From Centroscyllium fabricii (taxonomy: Eukaryota), in assembly GCA_051313645.2 (NCBI GenBank), contig JBNRSN020000005.1, forward strand, positions 64,728,001 through 64,792,000: a stretch of DNA of 64,000 bases. The letters are read 5' to 3'. This document shows positions 10,823-23,039 of the stretch, in pieces (positions within the stretch are counted from its first letter, which is position 1; the number at the start of each line of letters is the position of its first letter). The notes beneath the pieces are model-generated. The model was not told where the DNA came from. It made no database searches and was given only the letters and a program-made list of their open reading frames with translations. The position numbers and the translations under genes are program-made.

Positions 10823-12459
10823 TAAGGGTCAATTTATCCTGGCCAATCAACCTAACCCGCACATCTTTGGACTGTGGGAGGAAACCGGAGCACCCGGAGG
10901 AAACCCACGCAGACACGGGGAGAATGTGCAAACTCCACACAGATAGTACCCGAGGCTGGATTTGAACCCGGGTCTCCAGAGCTGTGAGACAACAGTGCTA
11001 ACCACTATGCCACCGTGCCACCCGTTGTTCCGTTGAAATCAATAGAATGAAAACTGAGTGGATTCGACAACGGGCGAGTGATCCACTCCGACAGGTTACC
11101 GCCCAAGGCCGCAGAGCTGAAAATGACCCCCTATATGTTCAAACACCACACGAATAAGTGAAGGTGTTACAATGTACAGTGACTGGGCACCACAATCCAC
11201 ACCTGAAACATTCCTAGAGTTTTCAGTGTGTAGCTTTTTAATCATCCTGGCCCCAAAAATCCATGTGCAGATGTGTCGGAATCACTCCCACCAGTGCACT
11301 ACAGTGCTGGCATTTGCAGTGGGAGGGTACCTCACTTTCACAAGGCCAGCAGATGCCCTTGCCTTTATGGGCACATCTTCGGTACCCACCTTCCCATTGT
11401 GGCATGAATACTGTACCTGGTGCCTGATGGCAATTTAAGGGGACTGCTCCAAATCTTTTTTTTTAAATTCTTTAAAAAGCCTCTTCTTTGTGGGCCCAGG
11501 CTGCCTCCCTTTGTCTGCAACCCTCGGTGGGGCCCACTTGTGTCCTTGAGTTTTATGTTGGGTCCCTTGTAGTCTGGGGAAACAGGATTTCCCTGCCCCA
11601 GCTCCTCCAACTTGGTATCATTGGCCTTGTAACCAGGAACTCTTGGAGTCAGCATGGACCCGGCATTACTGGGTCCCTGATTTATTTTCCTGGAAGATTT
11701 CACCAGACTCCCACTGGAGTTACAGCGGGAATCTGGCAGAACCCTCAAGTAAATACAGGGCCCTTGTTGCCAGTGAGCTACAGCTTGTTTCCACATCAGT
11801 GAAATAATAATTCATTTCCTGTTAGTTTCAGTGGACCTGGGATTACATCATTTTGTTTAAATGGAACCCAAAAACAATCCAAGATGTGTCGATTTGATAG
11901 TTTCTTGGTTGGATTTCTTGCTTATGTTGAGTCTGCTTGGCCCAGTTGTTATGACTGTTGCTTGTGACTCAGATGGATGCGAATTCAAATCCTATTCCAA
12001 GCTGACATTGATGAAGTCAACAGTGTGAAGATTAAGTTTGGGTTGTAGTCCATATTGTTAGATTTACTCCATTAACTCCACCAAATGATTCCAACGCTGC
12101 TGTGCATGGGTGCCAGTGATACTGGTACAGCATTTACATTGCATTCACACTACATCTTTCAAATATCATCAGATGTTTAAATTCATGCTCTTTTTAACCT
12201 GAAGGCATTGTCAAGCAGACATGATTCCAAAATGGTGGGCCTGTATGAAGACAGTGCAATAGTAATCTGGTAGTACTTCACTTCCAGAAACAAGACACAA
12301 TGCAATGTCAGATTCCCACATTACAAGTTCAATCATCTTTAGCTATTACTCCACAAAATAAACACCCTTGCTCGATATCACACAGTGCAATTCTTAAACA
12401 TCACCAGAAAAACCTTCTTATCAAAGAGGTGGTAGGGCTACATTGAAAAAAATTGCTGA

Positions 12460-12606
12460 TGTGGGGCCATTCTAGCTGGGAATTGGGTTGCGACTGCCAT
12501 AGCAAAGAGACAGAGACTATTTATCCCATCAGCCTGACCTGGATTCAAACTTAGGCCCCACAGATGAAAATACAATGTACTAACACCACTGTACTAGCCA
12601 GTCCTC
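12460..12606 (-). mobile_element. Degraded tRNA-derived SINE head
   Basis: Minus strand has A-box-like tagtacagtggt and B-box-like gtttgaatcc. Confidence 0.3.
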
Positions 12607-13219
12607 TAGGAAACCATTTTTTCTCTCTTTTGTTTGCCCCTGCTCTCCCATGGAGCACTCTCACAAGTGCTGATGAATGAAGACTATGTGCATGGATCAC
12701 CCAAGCATTCTTTATCATTTTGTAAAATGATAAGTTGAAAACCCAGGTTTAAACTTGATTTATGGTAGACTTTTAGAAGTTGCTCTGCAGTTCAGAATCT
12801 TTGGCCGCTTTTTGCAACAGTGAAACCTCCCAGTTATAATGTGGGCTGCTTCTACTAACAGGAGGGTGGTGGCAGTATCATAGCTACCTCCGGTCTGCTC
12901 AGATGAAGCCCACCTAGTCCGTGCATGTATATAGAGCAAGTTTTCATTTTTAGTTCTTCCTGAGCAGTGTTCTGTGTGTTGGAAATGTACATCAGCAAAT
13001 CTGGTGCCAGCTGCCTGTCAGTTTCCATTCATTCATTTTAGTGGGCAGAAAACTATGAGCGACCCGCACCCGCACCCGCACCCGGTTTTCCAATGCGTAC
13101 TCCCAGTTTATCGAAGCTCTGCTACCAGAAGTACCAAAGGTGAACATTTACCGCACAGTAATTGGCCACTGCTGGCTTCAGTTTGGGCACCACCAGCAGG
13201 GACACAAAGTTGGGAGTTA

Positions 13220-13557
13220 CAGCTTGAGCAGCGTTAATCGGCACCCTCGAGACCAGGCCGGTGCCGGACCACTGAAAATTCTGAACCACTGAAGGTTCGG
13301 GGGGGAGCGCGCAGGTCGGACACTCCCCGGGGCCCGGACTGCGCGGGTGGAACACTCCCCGGGAGGGAGCCCGGGGATAGAGCACTTACAAAAACCTAAA
13401 AAAGCAGAAACCCAAACGCCCGACGCTGTCGGCGCTCGCTCACCCTTCCCGGGAAACACTGGCGCCGCCGAGCGGCTGCTCCGCAAAATGAAGAGCGGTT
13501 TCCAATCGTGCCGGACCACTGAAGTTGCCGGACCATCGGGTGCCAGTGCTCAACCTG
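13220..13557. mobile_element. Tc1/mariner (pogo/Tigger-like) MITE, copy 1
   Basis: TA TSD, cagcttgagca ... tgctcaacctg TIRs, homologous to 21345-21680. Confidence 0.8.
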
Positions 13558-13678
13558 TACTTCTCCAACAATCCAATAATCCAGTTCTACAAAACTGCTC
13601 CCTTTATAATGCCAAATGGGTGCTAAGGAATTATTCATTCAGCTTCTTGTTTACGATCAATAGGGTACAAAAGCCATT

Positions 13679-14515
13679 GGGCCAGAAATTCGGGTTGGCC
13701 GGTTGGTGGGCAACTAGGACTATGCGGAGCACTTAAGAAGCCCACCAACATCGGACTTTTTTTATGCTCTGGATTTCTGATCGGCTCCGCCCCCTTCGTG
13801 CGCAACGTGTCAGTCCAGCCACGCTAGGTGCGCAGTGTATGCCCCGCCCACAGATCCCAAATTTAAATAAAAAACGCCCCCAGATCCCTAATTTAAATAA
13901 AAAAATGCGCACAGATCCCGAGTCGGACCTTTGTGAGAGCAGGGACGTGCGGAGCTGCACTCACAGACTCGGCGGGGAGCAGCGCGGGCACAGCAGCTTC
14001 TCAGAGGAAGAAACGCAAGGTAAGTCTCTGCCATTTTTTCTCTTAGATTTTTTAATAGCTAGATAGTTAAAAAATTCAGAAATTTAACTTTAAAAATTAG
14101 CGATTTGAAACAGGTAAATTAACTTAAAATCGGATTTGTAAATTTTAAAAAAAAACTTTAACTTAAAAATTTAACGCTACCGATCTGGCCACATTACTCC
14201 CCAAAACTGTTAAAACTTAAAATGAAAGGTAAAAAAGTAACTTACCTTGTTTAAGAACGTTTCTCTCTCCCTGACGCACGAGTTACTGCAGCTTTTTTCA
14301 TGTGCATCTCAGGGCTCCGTTGCCCACAGAATCACAGAAAAAAAAGCACCCTTTTGGAGCCCAAATTCTGGGTGCAACTCACTCGTGCGTTTGATGCTGA
14401 GGGCCCTTCTCCCTCAGCATCGGAAATCTCGGATCCGTGGGCATCTCGGATCCGTGGGCATTTTTCATGGGCATCTCCGTGGGCATCTACTTTGAGGCAC
14501 CGGAAATTCTGGCCC
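13679..14515. mobile_element. MITE, possibly Harbinger-related
   Basis: TIRs gggccagaa(a)tt ... aattctggccc flanked by ATT on both sides. Confidence 0.65.
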
Positions 14516-15106
14516 ATTATCCTCCCTATTGCCTGCCAGATATCCTATACATTTATACCTACATATATCCACTCCTACTTACTAACGATTGTTATATTTC
14601 TCCATCTGCCTACCCCTATACTCCATGTAGCCCTCTCCTGCCTATTCATACCTTTTTCATTGGGTGGGAATGCATGTTGCACAGTCCTCCATAAGCACGT
14701 TCAAGGCTTCAAAGGGTAAAAATGTTTACATAATTCTACAGCCAATCATGGATGACAAGGTGATGATCTGAAGGTAGAAGCATGTTATGGTTTTCACTCT
14801 TCCACTGTGATGAATCGCACAAGTGTTTAAGGCCAGAGGTCACCTGAAGGTGCAGATACAGTGGAGCAATGAACAGGCTGTTCAGTGTAAAATGAAAAAC
14901 AACTTCTGACACCCTGCTGATTTGTGGTGTACAGACCCTCTGATTACAATTTACAAACCTTCAAATGTTACTTTCCAAGCATTGAACAGAGGAGTAGACT
15001 CTTTTTGCAACAGATTTTTAGTCGTGGATTCAAGTCCTACTCCAGAGCCTTAATCCAAGCTGATACTCCAGTGCTGCACTGTCAGAAATGCCGTATTTCG
15101 AATGAT

Positions 15107-15315
15107 TGTAAGAAGTCACACAACACCAGGTTATAGTCCAACAGTTTTATTTGAAATCACAAGCTTTCGGAGCGCAGCTCCTTCCTCAGGTGAAGTGACG
15201 AGATTCATTTAAACACAGCATATATATATAGAGAGAGAACAATGTGGTCTCTCCAACTGTTCCACATCACACCTCAGCAGAGAGACATCAAAGCAATCAA
15301 AGGTGTTCTAACATA
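15107..15315 (-). mobile_element. Penelope-like terminal fragment with hammerhead-like motif
   Basis: Same family as 2819-3010. Confidence 0.7.
15157..15193 (-). ncRNA. Minimal type I hammerhead ribozyme-like motif
   Basis: UCAC-CUGAGGA-a-GGAGC-ugc-GCUCC-GAAA-GC-UU-GUGA: core boxes, 5-bp stem II, 4-bp stem I, palindromic AAGCUU at stem III. Confidence 0.55.
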
Positions 15316-15316
15316 T

Positions 15317-18300
15317 CAATTCAATTCTATTCAAGTTTTATTGTCATTGCAGAGTACTAGTACAATACAACGAGACGAAGACTCGCCGCTCCCGAGAGTA
15401 GTGCAAATAATTTACATACAATTGCATACAGTAAGGTACATTTCAGGTGTGCAGATACTGGAGTTTTTTGTTAGAGTTCAGGATGCTGACAGCCCTGGGG
15501 AAGAAGCTGTTCTTGAATCTAGTCGTGCCGGTGCGAATTGATCTTTAGTGTCTCCCCAAGGGCAGGGGAGCGAACAGACTGTGGCTGGGGTGTGTGGGGT
15601 CTTTAATAATGTTCAGAGACCTCCGTAGGCAGCGTTTGAGGTAGATGCATTCAATTGACGGTAGCTGGGTGCCGGTGATTCGTTGGGCAGTTTTGACTAC
15701 CCACTGCAGGGCCATCCGGTCCGAGATAGTGCAGTTTTCATACCAGACTGTGATGCAGCTTGTCAGTATGCTTTCGATTGTGCAGCGGTATAAGTTGGAG
15801 AGGATGCCGGATGACAGCTTGGCTTTTTTCAGCTTCCTTAGGAAGTACAGGCGCTGTTGGGCCTTCTTGATCATAGAGGAGGTGTTTAGTGACCAGGAGA
15901 GGTCTTCCGAGATGTGGACCCCGAGGAACTTGAAGCTGGACACCCTTTCCACCTCAGCCCCTTGGATGAAGGGGGTGTGTCTTCTGCTTTCAGTCTTCCA
16001 GAAGTCCACTATGATCTCCTTAGTTTTCTTGGTGTTCAGTGCCAGGTTGTTGTCGGCACACCATCCCACAAGGCGCTGGATCTCATCCCTGTAGGCTGAC
16101 TCATCGTTATTGGTGATCTGGCCAACCACCGTAGTGTTGTCCACAAACTTGATGATCGTGTTGGAGCCATGGACAGCTACACAGTCATGGGTGAAGAGGG
16201 AGTAGAGGAGGGGGCTGAGCACACAGCCTTGTGGGGCCCCCGTGTTCAGGGTAAGTGGGGGGGGGGGGGGGAGGTGAGGTTGCCTAACTTCACAGACTGT
16301 GGTTTAGAAACATAGAAACTAGAAGCAGGAGTAGGCCATTCGGCCCTTCGAGCCTGCTCCGCCATTCAAGGAGATCATGGCTGATCATCCAAACCCAGTA
16401 CCCCACCCCTGCCCCCTCCCCATATCCCTCGATCCCTATCAAGCCTACATCGACACATATCCCACCCTATCCCCGTAACCCCACATATTTAATCTCCCCT
16501 TACACTAAGGGTCAATTTATCATGGCCAATCAACCTAACCCGCACATCTTTGGACTGTGGGAGGAAACCGGAGCACCCGGAGGAACCCCACGCAGACACG
16601 GGGAGAATGTGAAACTCCACACAGATAGTACCCGAGGCTGGATTTGAACTGTGAGACAACAGTGCTAACCACTGTGCCACCGTGCCGTGTTGGTTAGGAA
16701 GTCCAGGGTCCAGTTGCAGAGGGAGGTGTTCAGGCCGAGGGTGAGGAGTTTGGTAGACACCATGATGGTGTTGAATGCTGAGCTGTAGTCAATAAACAGC
16801 ATTCTGATATACATATCTTTGCTATCCAGGTGGTTTAGTGCAGAGTGAAGCGCCGTAGTGATTGCATCTTCCGTTGATCTGTTTCCTCGAAGCAGGCAAG
16901 GACAGCTGCCTTCGCCAGTGACAGGTTGAAGATGTCGGTGAAGACCTCAGCCAGTTGGTCAGCACAGTCTTTGAGTGCCCGGCTGGGGATGCCGTCAGGA
17001 CCTGCGGCCTTCCGTGTGTTCACTCCATGTAGAGCACCTCTTACGTCGGAGGAGGACAGTATTAGTGGCTGGTCTTCCGGAGATTGCAAGACTTTGGTGG
17101 CTGGCTCCCTGTTGTCAATGTCGAAGCGAGTGTAGAAGTTGTTGAGTTCCTCCAGTAGGGAGGCATCGCTGGTTGGGGGGCTGGTGTTTTTGCACTTGTA
17201 GTCCGTGATGGACTGTATGCCTTGCCGCATGCGCCGAGGGGCCGAGTTGTTGTGGAAGTGTTCCTCTATCTTCAGTGTCTGATTTTGTTTGGCAGACCTG
17301 ATACCCCTCTTTAGGTTGGCCCTGGCTGTGCTGTAAGCCGCCACATCCCCAGATTTGAAAGCTGCATCACGTGCCTTCAGCAGTGAGCGGCCCTCCCCGT
17401 TCATCCAGGGTTTCTGGTTGGGGAATGTCTTGATGGTTTTTTGGGTAGTGACCACCTCGACACAGCTGTTGATGTAAAATAACACTGTGGATGCCTATTC
17501 CTCGATGTCCGTGTGAGCGAACATGCTCCACTCAGTGCGTTCGAAGTAGTCTTGTAGCTCTGAGACTGCCCCTTCTGGCCATACCCTGACTGTTTTAGCT
17601 GGAGCTTTCACCCTTTTGATGAGTGGTTTGTATGCTGGGGCAAGGAACAGTGAAATGTAGTCGGACTTCCCGAGGTGGGGGCACGGGTTGGCTTTGTAAG
17701 CCTCTGCGATGTTGGCGTAGACCTGGTCCAGCGTGTTCTCGCCCCTCGTGGGGCAGGAGACATTCTGGTGAAATTTCGGTAGTACGGATTTGAGGTTAGC
17801 GTGGTTGAAGTCCCCCGCCATGATAAAGGCTCCCTCCGGATGCGCGGTCTGCTGCTTGCTGATGGCCCTGTGGAGATCCTTTAGTGCCAGTTTGGCATTA
17901 GCACGTGGAGGGATGTAGACCGCAGTGAAGATGACGGCTGTGAATTCCTGAGGCAGGTAAAAAGGTCTGCACTTTACAGTGAGGAATTCCAGATCGGCGG
18001 AGCAGGAACTTTTGATCAGTTCTGCGTTCGTGCCCCAGGCGTTGTTCGTGTAGATGCACAGGCCGCCTCCCTTGCTGTTCTGTCGGCGCGGAAGACCGTG
18101 TGACCCGCCAGCTGGATGGCGGAGTCAGGAATGCCGTCGTTCAGCCAGGTCTCTGTGAAGATCATGGCGCAGCATTCCTTGATCGTGGTCTGTGTGGAGA
18201 GGCCAAGTTTGATTTCATCAATTTTACTCCCTAGGGACCTGACGTTGGCCAGGTAGATGCTGGGCAGAGAGGGTTTGAGAGTGGCCCTCTTCAGCCTGAT

Positions 18301-18600
18301 GAGGGTCCCTGCTCTCTTACCACTCTTCTGGGTTCATTCTCTTTGTGTCTCCGACGACCGCCCGCTGAGCGCCACGCTGCCGGTGTCTTGTTAGTTTCAG
18401 CTGGGAGATCGAGATCGCGATCTCCGAGTGAAAGTGCTCCACAGCTGGCCCCGATGTCGAGAAGAGCTTGCCTGCTGTAGTGGAGGTCTGCTCTCGCTTT
18501 CCTAGAGAGCAGACCTAGGATGATGAGGATCAGGAAGAAGATCTGAAGAAATTGTCTCGGGAGAGACAAAGCCGCTGCGAACGTGCGCGCCGCCATTTTT
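15317..18600 (-). mobile_element. Rex1/Babar-type LINE with both ends, disrupted
   Basis: APE (AGDFNHANL), PNQKPWM linker, KAAGPDGIP, RT (LSPLLYSLFTHDC...KKAQQRLYFLRKL), (ttgaa)n tail; stops, frameshifts and an internal deletion. Confidence 0.88.
16306..16687 (-). mobile_element. V-SINE inserted in the Rex1 LINE
   Basis: Same family as 1735-2146, small deletion in the tRNA head. Confidence 0.88.
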
Positions 18601-18954
18601 GGCCTGTTAACAAAGCTATCAGCCAAAGTTAACAAAGAAATCAGTCAGCCTGAGATTAAAGGGTGCAGTCACAAAGTATTTCGAATGGGACATTCAATTT
18701 TGAAAACCTTTATTTCTTTTCTTTCTAATGTGTTTTTATTGATATGATTTCAATTTAATTATTTTAAACTTGACAGGACAAGCAAGTAGAATATCCTTAT
18801 AAAGTGCTGCTAACATATTAATGCCGTGAAAAATCACAATGATGAAAATGTATTCAAATTCTTCAATGAAGGAGCAATAACATGTTTGGATGCCCATATT
18901 TTATAAAATATTTTGATTTCATTGAAAAACAATTAAGAAAATTCACTAAAGAAA

Positions 18955-19406
18955 GAACTTGTTTTTATATGGGCAATTTCACAACCTCAAGATATCCCAA
19001 AGTCCTTCACAGCCAATGAAATTATTTTGAAGTGTATTCACTGTTGTAACGTAGAAGTGCGGCAGCCAATTTGTGCACAGCAAAGTTCCACAAACAGCAG
19101 TGAAATATATGACCAATTTATCTGTTTTATTGATGTTGGTTGAGGGATAAATATTGGCCAGAACACCGGGGAGAACTTAACTGCTCTTCTTCAAAATAAT
19201 AGGACCTTTTACATCCACCTGAGAGAGCAGACAGAGCCTCGGTTTAACGTCTCATCCGAAAGACGGCACCTCCGACAGTGCAGCACTCCCCTAGTACCAC
19301 ACGGAAATGTCAGCCTAGATTTTGTGTTCAAGTCTCTGGAGTGGGACTTGAACCCACAACCTTCTGACTCAGAGGCAAGAGTGATACCCACTGAGCCATA
19401 GCTGAC
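18955..19406 (-). mobile_element. DeuSINE (SacSINE1-like)
   Basis: tRNA head (ggttcaagtccc B box), Deu-domain-like body tcggatgagacgttaaaccgagg, L2-like tail; second copy at 21853. Confidence 0.75.
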
Positions 19407-20988
19407 AAAAATATGTAATTACATTTCAGGTTCAGACAATTCACATATTCATTTGACCATTGAACACAAGATGACACAATAGATATGGATAAGGAAAGGC
19501 ATTCAGTCTACCTTAGTTTTGTCATCCAGAGAGACCCCAGAGTCCCCCCATCAAAGTTTCGACATGTACATTGAGTGTGCCAACAAGGCTGTATGTGCTG
19601 GCATGGCATTATGCATGGGGCAGAAAGGGGTGTGTGGTTGGAGTAAGTTGTTGGCTATGGATCTGTGGGAAGAGCTAAAGCAGAAAGCAGGCAGCCAGGT
19701 GGATGTCGAGCTGAGCCAGGGTTGGGCTGCAGCACAGCTGTCTGTTGCTGTCTGCTTGTGTTGCCTGATTCTTGTTTTATGGCAAGTTGCTGAGATGTTT
19801 CTGGAGTGACTGTGCTGAGTAGGTCTCCAGGAGTATACACTTAGCAATGGAGCCCAAACAGTGAACATTATTACAGTTCAAAATGAATAAATATATCCCA
19901 CTTTCTAAGGCACTGCTTGCAATGAAGGTTCTGCCTGATAATATAGAATATGGTAATGAGCAAATACACTTTTTTTAAATTTCCCAAAAGACTAAACCTT
20001 TTTATCTTTCTTAAAGAATACAACACTTTTCCCTAGTATTTCATCTCTCTCAATAACTGTCCTTTGTGACTAAAGGCGAAGGGTGCAGATTAAATCTACC
20101 CCACCTTTTTCTCTGCAGCTGCTGTATACACAGGCTCTGTGTGAGCGGGGTGCAGCTTTGTAACTCAATCGCCTCTCCCGCCTGCAGTGCTGAAAAAGTG
20201 TGATTCAAAGCTCAGTTTCAGGAGACAACTGGCCCGGCTCAAATGATAGGCTGTGCCAGAGAATGGGCTCATTGTGGTTATCTGTGCTTCATCAGGCCCA
20301 GTATTTTTACAGCCCTTATATTCAGGTCAGCTGAATAATTACTGCCTCCGAGGATGAAAAAATGATTAGGTGAAACAAAAGCTGCTTCGTACTTAACCCT
20401 TGAGGAACTGGCTGCATTTCCTCACAGAATAGAACACCTTTCACAATGGGGCACAGAGAATATGATCTGGAGGGAGGAATGGGGTAGGGGGCGGGGGGGG
20501 GGGGGGGGGGGGGTTGCTGCTGCTAATAAATCAAATTTGCCCATTGGCTTGAGCAGCTTGGTGCTGGGTTTCCTTCACAGGACGCAGAAGGTTAAGTATC
20601 ACTTGCTTCAGTTTGTTTAAAAAAAGAAAACAAATGTTAGCATTCTGGGATGTGGCCTACTTCAGTCAATTCTCTGCTGTGTAAAAACAAAGCAGGTTAT
20701 GTATTAGACTTGCCAGCATCACCTCACTGTTCCTTCTGCTTTAGCCCTTTGCCCTCCTTTCAAGTTTGTTCACCTCAATTCCATTTGCTTTAAAGGTGCA
20801 GTGTTACCATGTGAGCAAATGTTCAGTTTAGTTTCTGGAACCATCTGCTCTGAAATTTCTCTTCAGCATTCTCTAGACTGGCTGCCAGGGACTATCTGGG
20901 CCACAACTGAAGCTATTTGCTACCCTGAGCCAAATGCTAAGAGGAGCTTAAGAACAGAGGAGGATGACTGCTCACCGGCCATCTCTCA

Positions 20989-21252
20989 GTTCAATTCAAT
21001 TCAATTCAAATTGCTTTATTGGCATGACAAGATACATCCTATGTTGCCAAAGCACAGAAAAAGAACATATACAGTTGGACATACAAAATGCATAACCAGA
21101 CGTATTGAATGAATAACTATGCATACACATACACATAAAAACCCGCATATATATCTAAAAGGAACATATACAATTGGACATACAAATGCATAACCAGACG
21201 TATTGAATGAATAGCTATGCAAACACATACATATATACCCGCATATAGATCT
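20989..21252 (-). mobile_element. RTEX-like LINE 3' UTR fragment with ~100-bp tandem duplication
   Basis: Tail gctttggcaac...catgccaataaagc...(ttgaa)n matches the tail at 34290-34359; units at ~21061-21157 and ~21160-21252. Confidence 0.6.
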
Positions 21253-21344
21253 TGTAGGCTCTTCCTCTCCCTTCCTATGGGTAAACATCTAGCCTCAGCT
21301 CAGTGTCTCTCCACAGTAACACAGCTGAGACAGGAAACTCAGTA

Positions 21345-21680
21345 CAGGTTGAGCACCGTTAATCTGGCACCCTCGGGACTAAGCCGGTGAAAATTCCGAA
21401 CCACTAAAGGTTCGGGGGGAACATGTGGTAGAACACTCCCCGGGGCCCGGAGCGCGTGGGTAGAACACTCCCCGGGAGGGAGCCCGGGGATAGAACACTT
21501 ACGAGACCTGAAAAAACAGAAACCCAAACGGCCGACGCCTTTGTTGCTCGCTCACCCTTCGCGGGAAACGGTGGCGCCACCAAGTGGCTGCTCCGCAAAC
21601 TGAAGACCGCCGGTTTCAATTCGTGCTGGACCACTGAAGCTGCCGGACCATCGGGTGCCAGATTACCGATGCTCAACCTG
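21345..21680. mobile_element. Tc1/mariner (pogo/Tigger-like) MITE, copy 2
   Basis: TA TSD; TIR caggttgagcaccgttaatctggcaccc. Confidence 0.82.
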
Positions 21681-21852
21681 TAGCATGGCGAACACTATCA
21701 GAACTCACACAAATGACTCTCACAAATATGAGCACAACTCACTAACATGAGTGAATTAGCCTTTTACATGCAAGCTTACATTTCTATTTTTGTTATGTGG
21801 GTTATATTTGGAATAGATTAGCAGCTTGAGCTTTCCTATCTGTACCGCCTGA

Positions 21853-22215
21853 TTCTCAGGATGCCCCAAAGCACTTCAAAGCCAATGAAATATTTTTGAA
21901 GTGTAGTCACTGTTGTAATGTAGGAAACTCAGCACCCAATTTAAGCACAGCAAGGTCCCACATACAGTAATATGACAATAACCAGATAATCTATTTTAGT
22001 AATATTGGTTGAGGGATAAATATTGGCCAGGACAATGGAGAGAACTTCCCTAATCTTCTTCAAAACAGTGCCATAGGATCTTTTACTTCCACCTGAGAGG
22101 GTAGACGGGGCCTCAGTTTAACGTCTCATCCGAAAGACACCACCTCCGACAGTGTAGCACTCCCTTAATACTGCACTAAAGTGTCATCCTAGATTTTGTG
22201 CTCAGGTTCTGGATA
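21853..22215 (-). mobile_element. DeuSINE (SacSINE1-like), head missing
   Basis: Homologous to 18990-19340. Confidence 0.72.
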
Positions 22216-23039
22216 CTGAAATCAGGGAGAGCACGTTCAACCAAAAGGGCTGCAGTGGTTCAAGAAGAAGGCCCCTAACATCCTCCTCAGGGCAACTAAG
22301 GATGAGCAATAAATGTGCCCTTGCAGTGTTGGCCACATCCCGAGAATAAAACAAAAGCTTCCTCGGTGTAACAGCTGAGCATAAAATCTAGGCCTGTACC
22401 TCTGCCTCTCTTACTTGGTATTTTAGAACAACTGGGACCAACCATGCTCTTCCTAACTTGTACTTTCCTCATATCTGTGTTGACTGCCACTCTTGTTCAT
22501 TCCATTGCATTGTCAGCCCATTCATTTTTCAGAAATCCTCCCAGCATTATGGGGGAGGTACGGAAAAAGCATACAACACACACAAGCCAGTAATGTTGCC
22601 AGGCCCAACATAGCTGGGGTAAGTGGCATTTAGTCAAAGGGCAAATTTGGCTTATTCATAAATTAAGTGAGCAATATGAGTGGATAGCAGGAAGTGAGCC
22701 AATCTGCTCTAAGAGATAAGATGACATGAATAATTCATACCCATCATCTGAATATTGAGATTAGATTATACTCTGAAAATCATTCTATCTATTGTAATAA
22801 TTTGTAACAGATGCTGAGCATGTTTGATGCTAGTTCATTTGACCATTTTTGGTCAAAGTCCTGTGTGAGGTGGGAGCTCTGGACAAGTCTCATTCTTTTA
22901 GCATGTTGAAATTCTTTTGCTGGAAGATAAAATTAGCTATCTCCTCAATGATAACACGCACTGATAAAATGAGTGACACAAGCACTGCTTTCCACTTTTG
23001 AAACTAGTCAAGTTACAGTTTTTGAGGTACACTTCCTTC

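Larger units (their letters stand above)
8524..11023 (-). mobile_element. V-SINE interrupted by three insertions
   Basis: Pieces 8524-8686, 8911-8934, 10056-10081 and 10823-11023 rejoin into one copy of the 1735-2146 family. Confidence 0.85.
8461..11131. mobile_element. Short old MITE with ~60-bp imperfect TIRs, hosting a nested V-SINE
   Basis: gggggtcattttcaactctgaggcc...gtaacctg (8461-8520) is the inverse of caggttac...ggccgcagagctgaaaatgaccccc (to 11131). Confidence 0.7.

Noticed and set aside
20484-20513. Long G-run or G-quadruplex (also 16256-16272 and 36360-36660)
   Set aside because: Simple homopolymer or low-complexity tracts with no supporting context.
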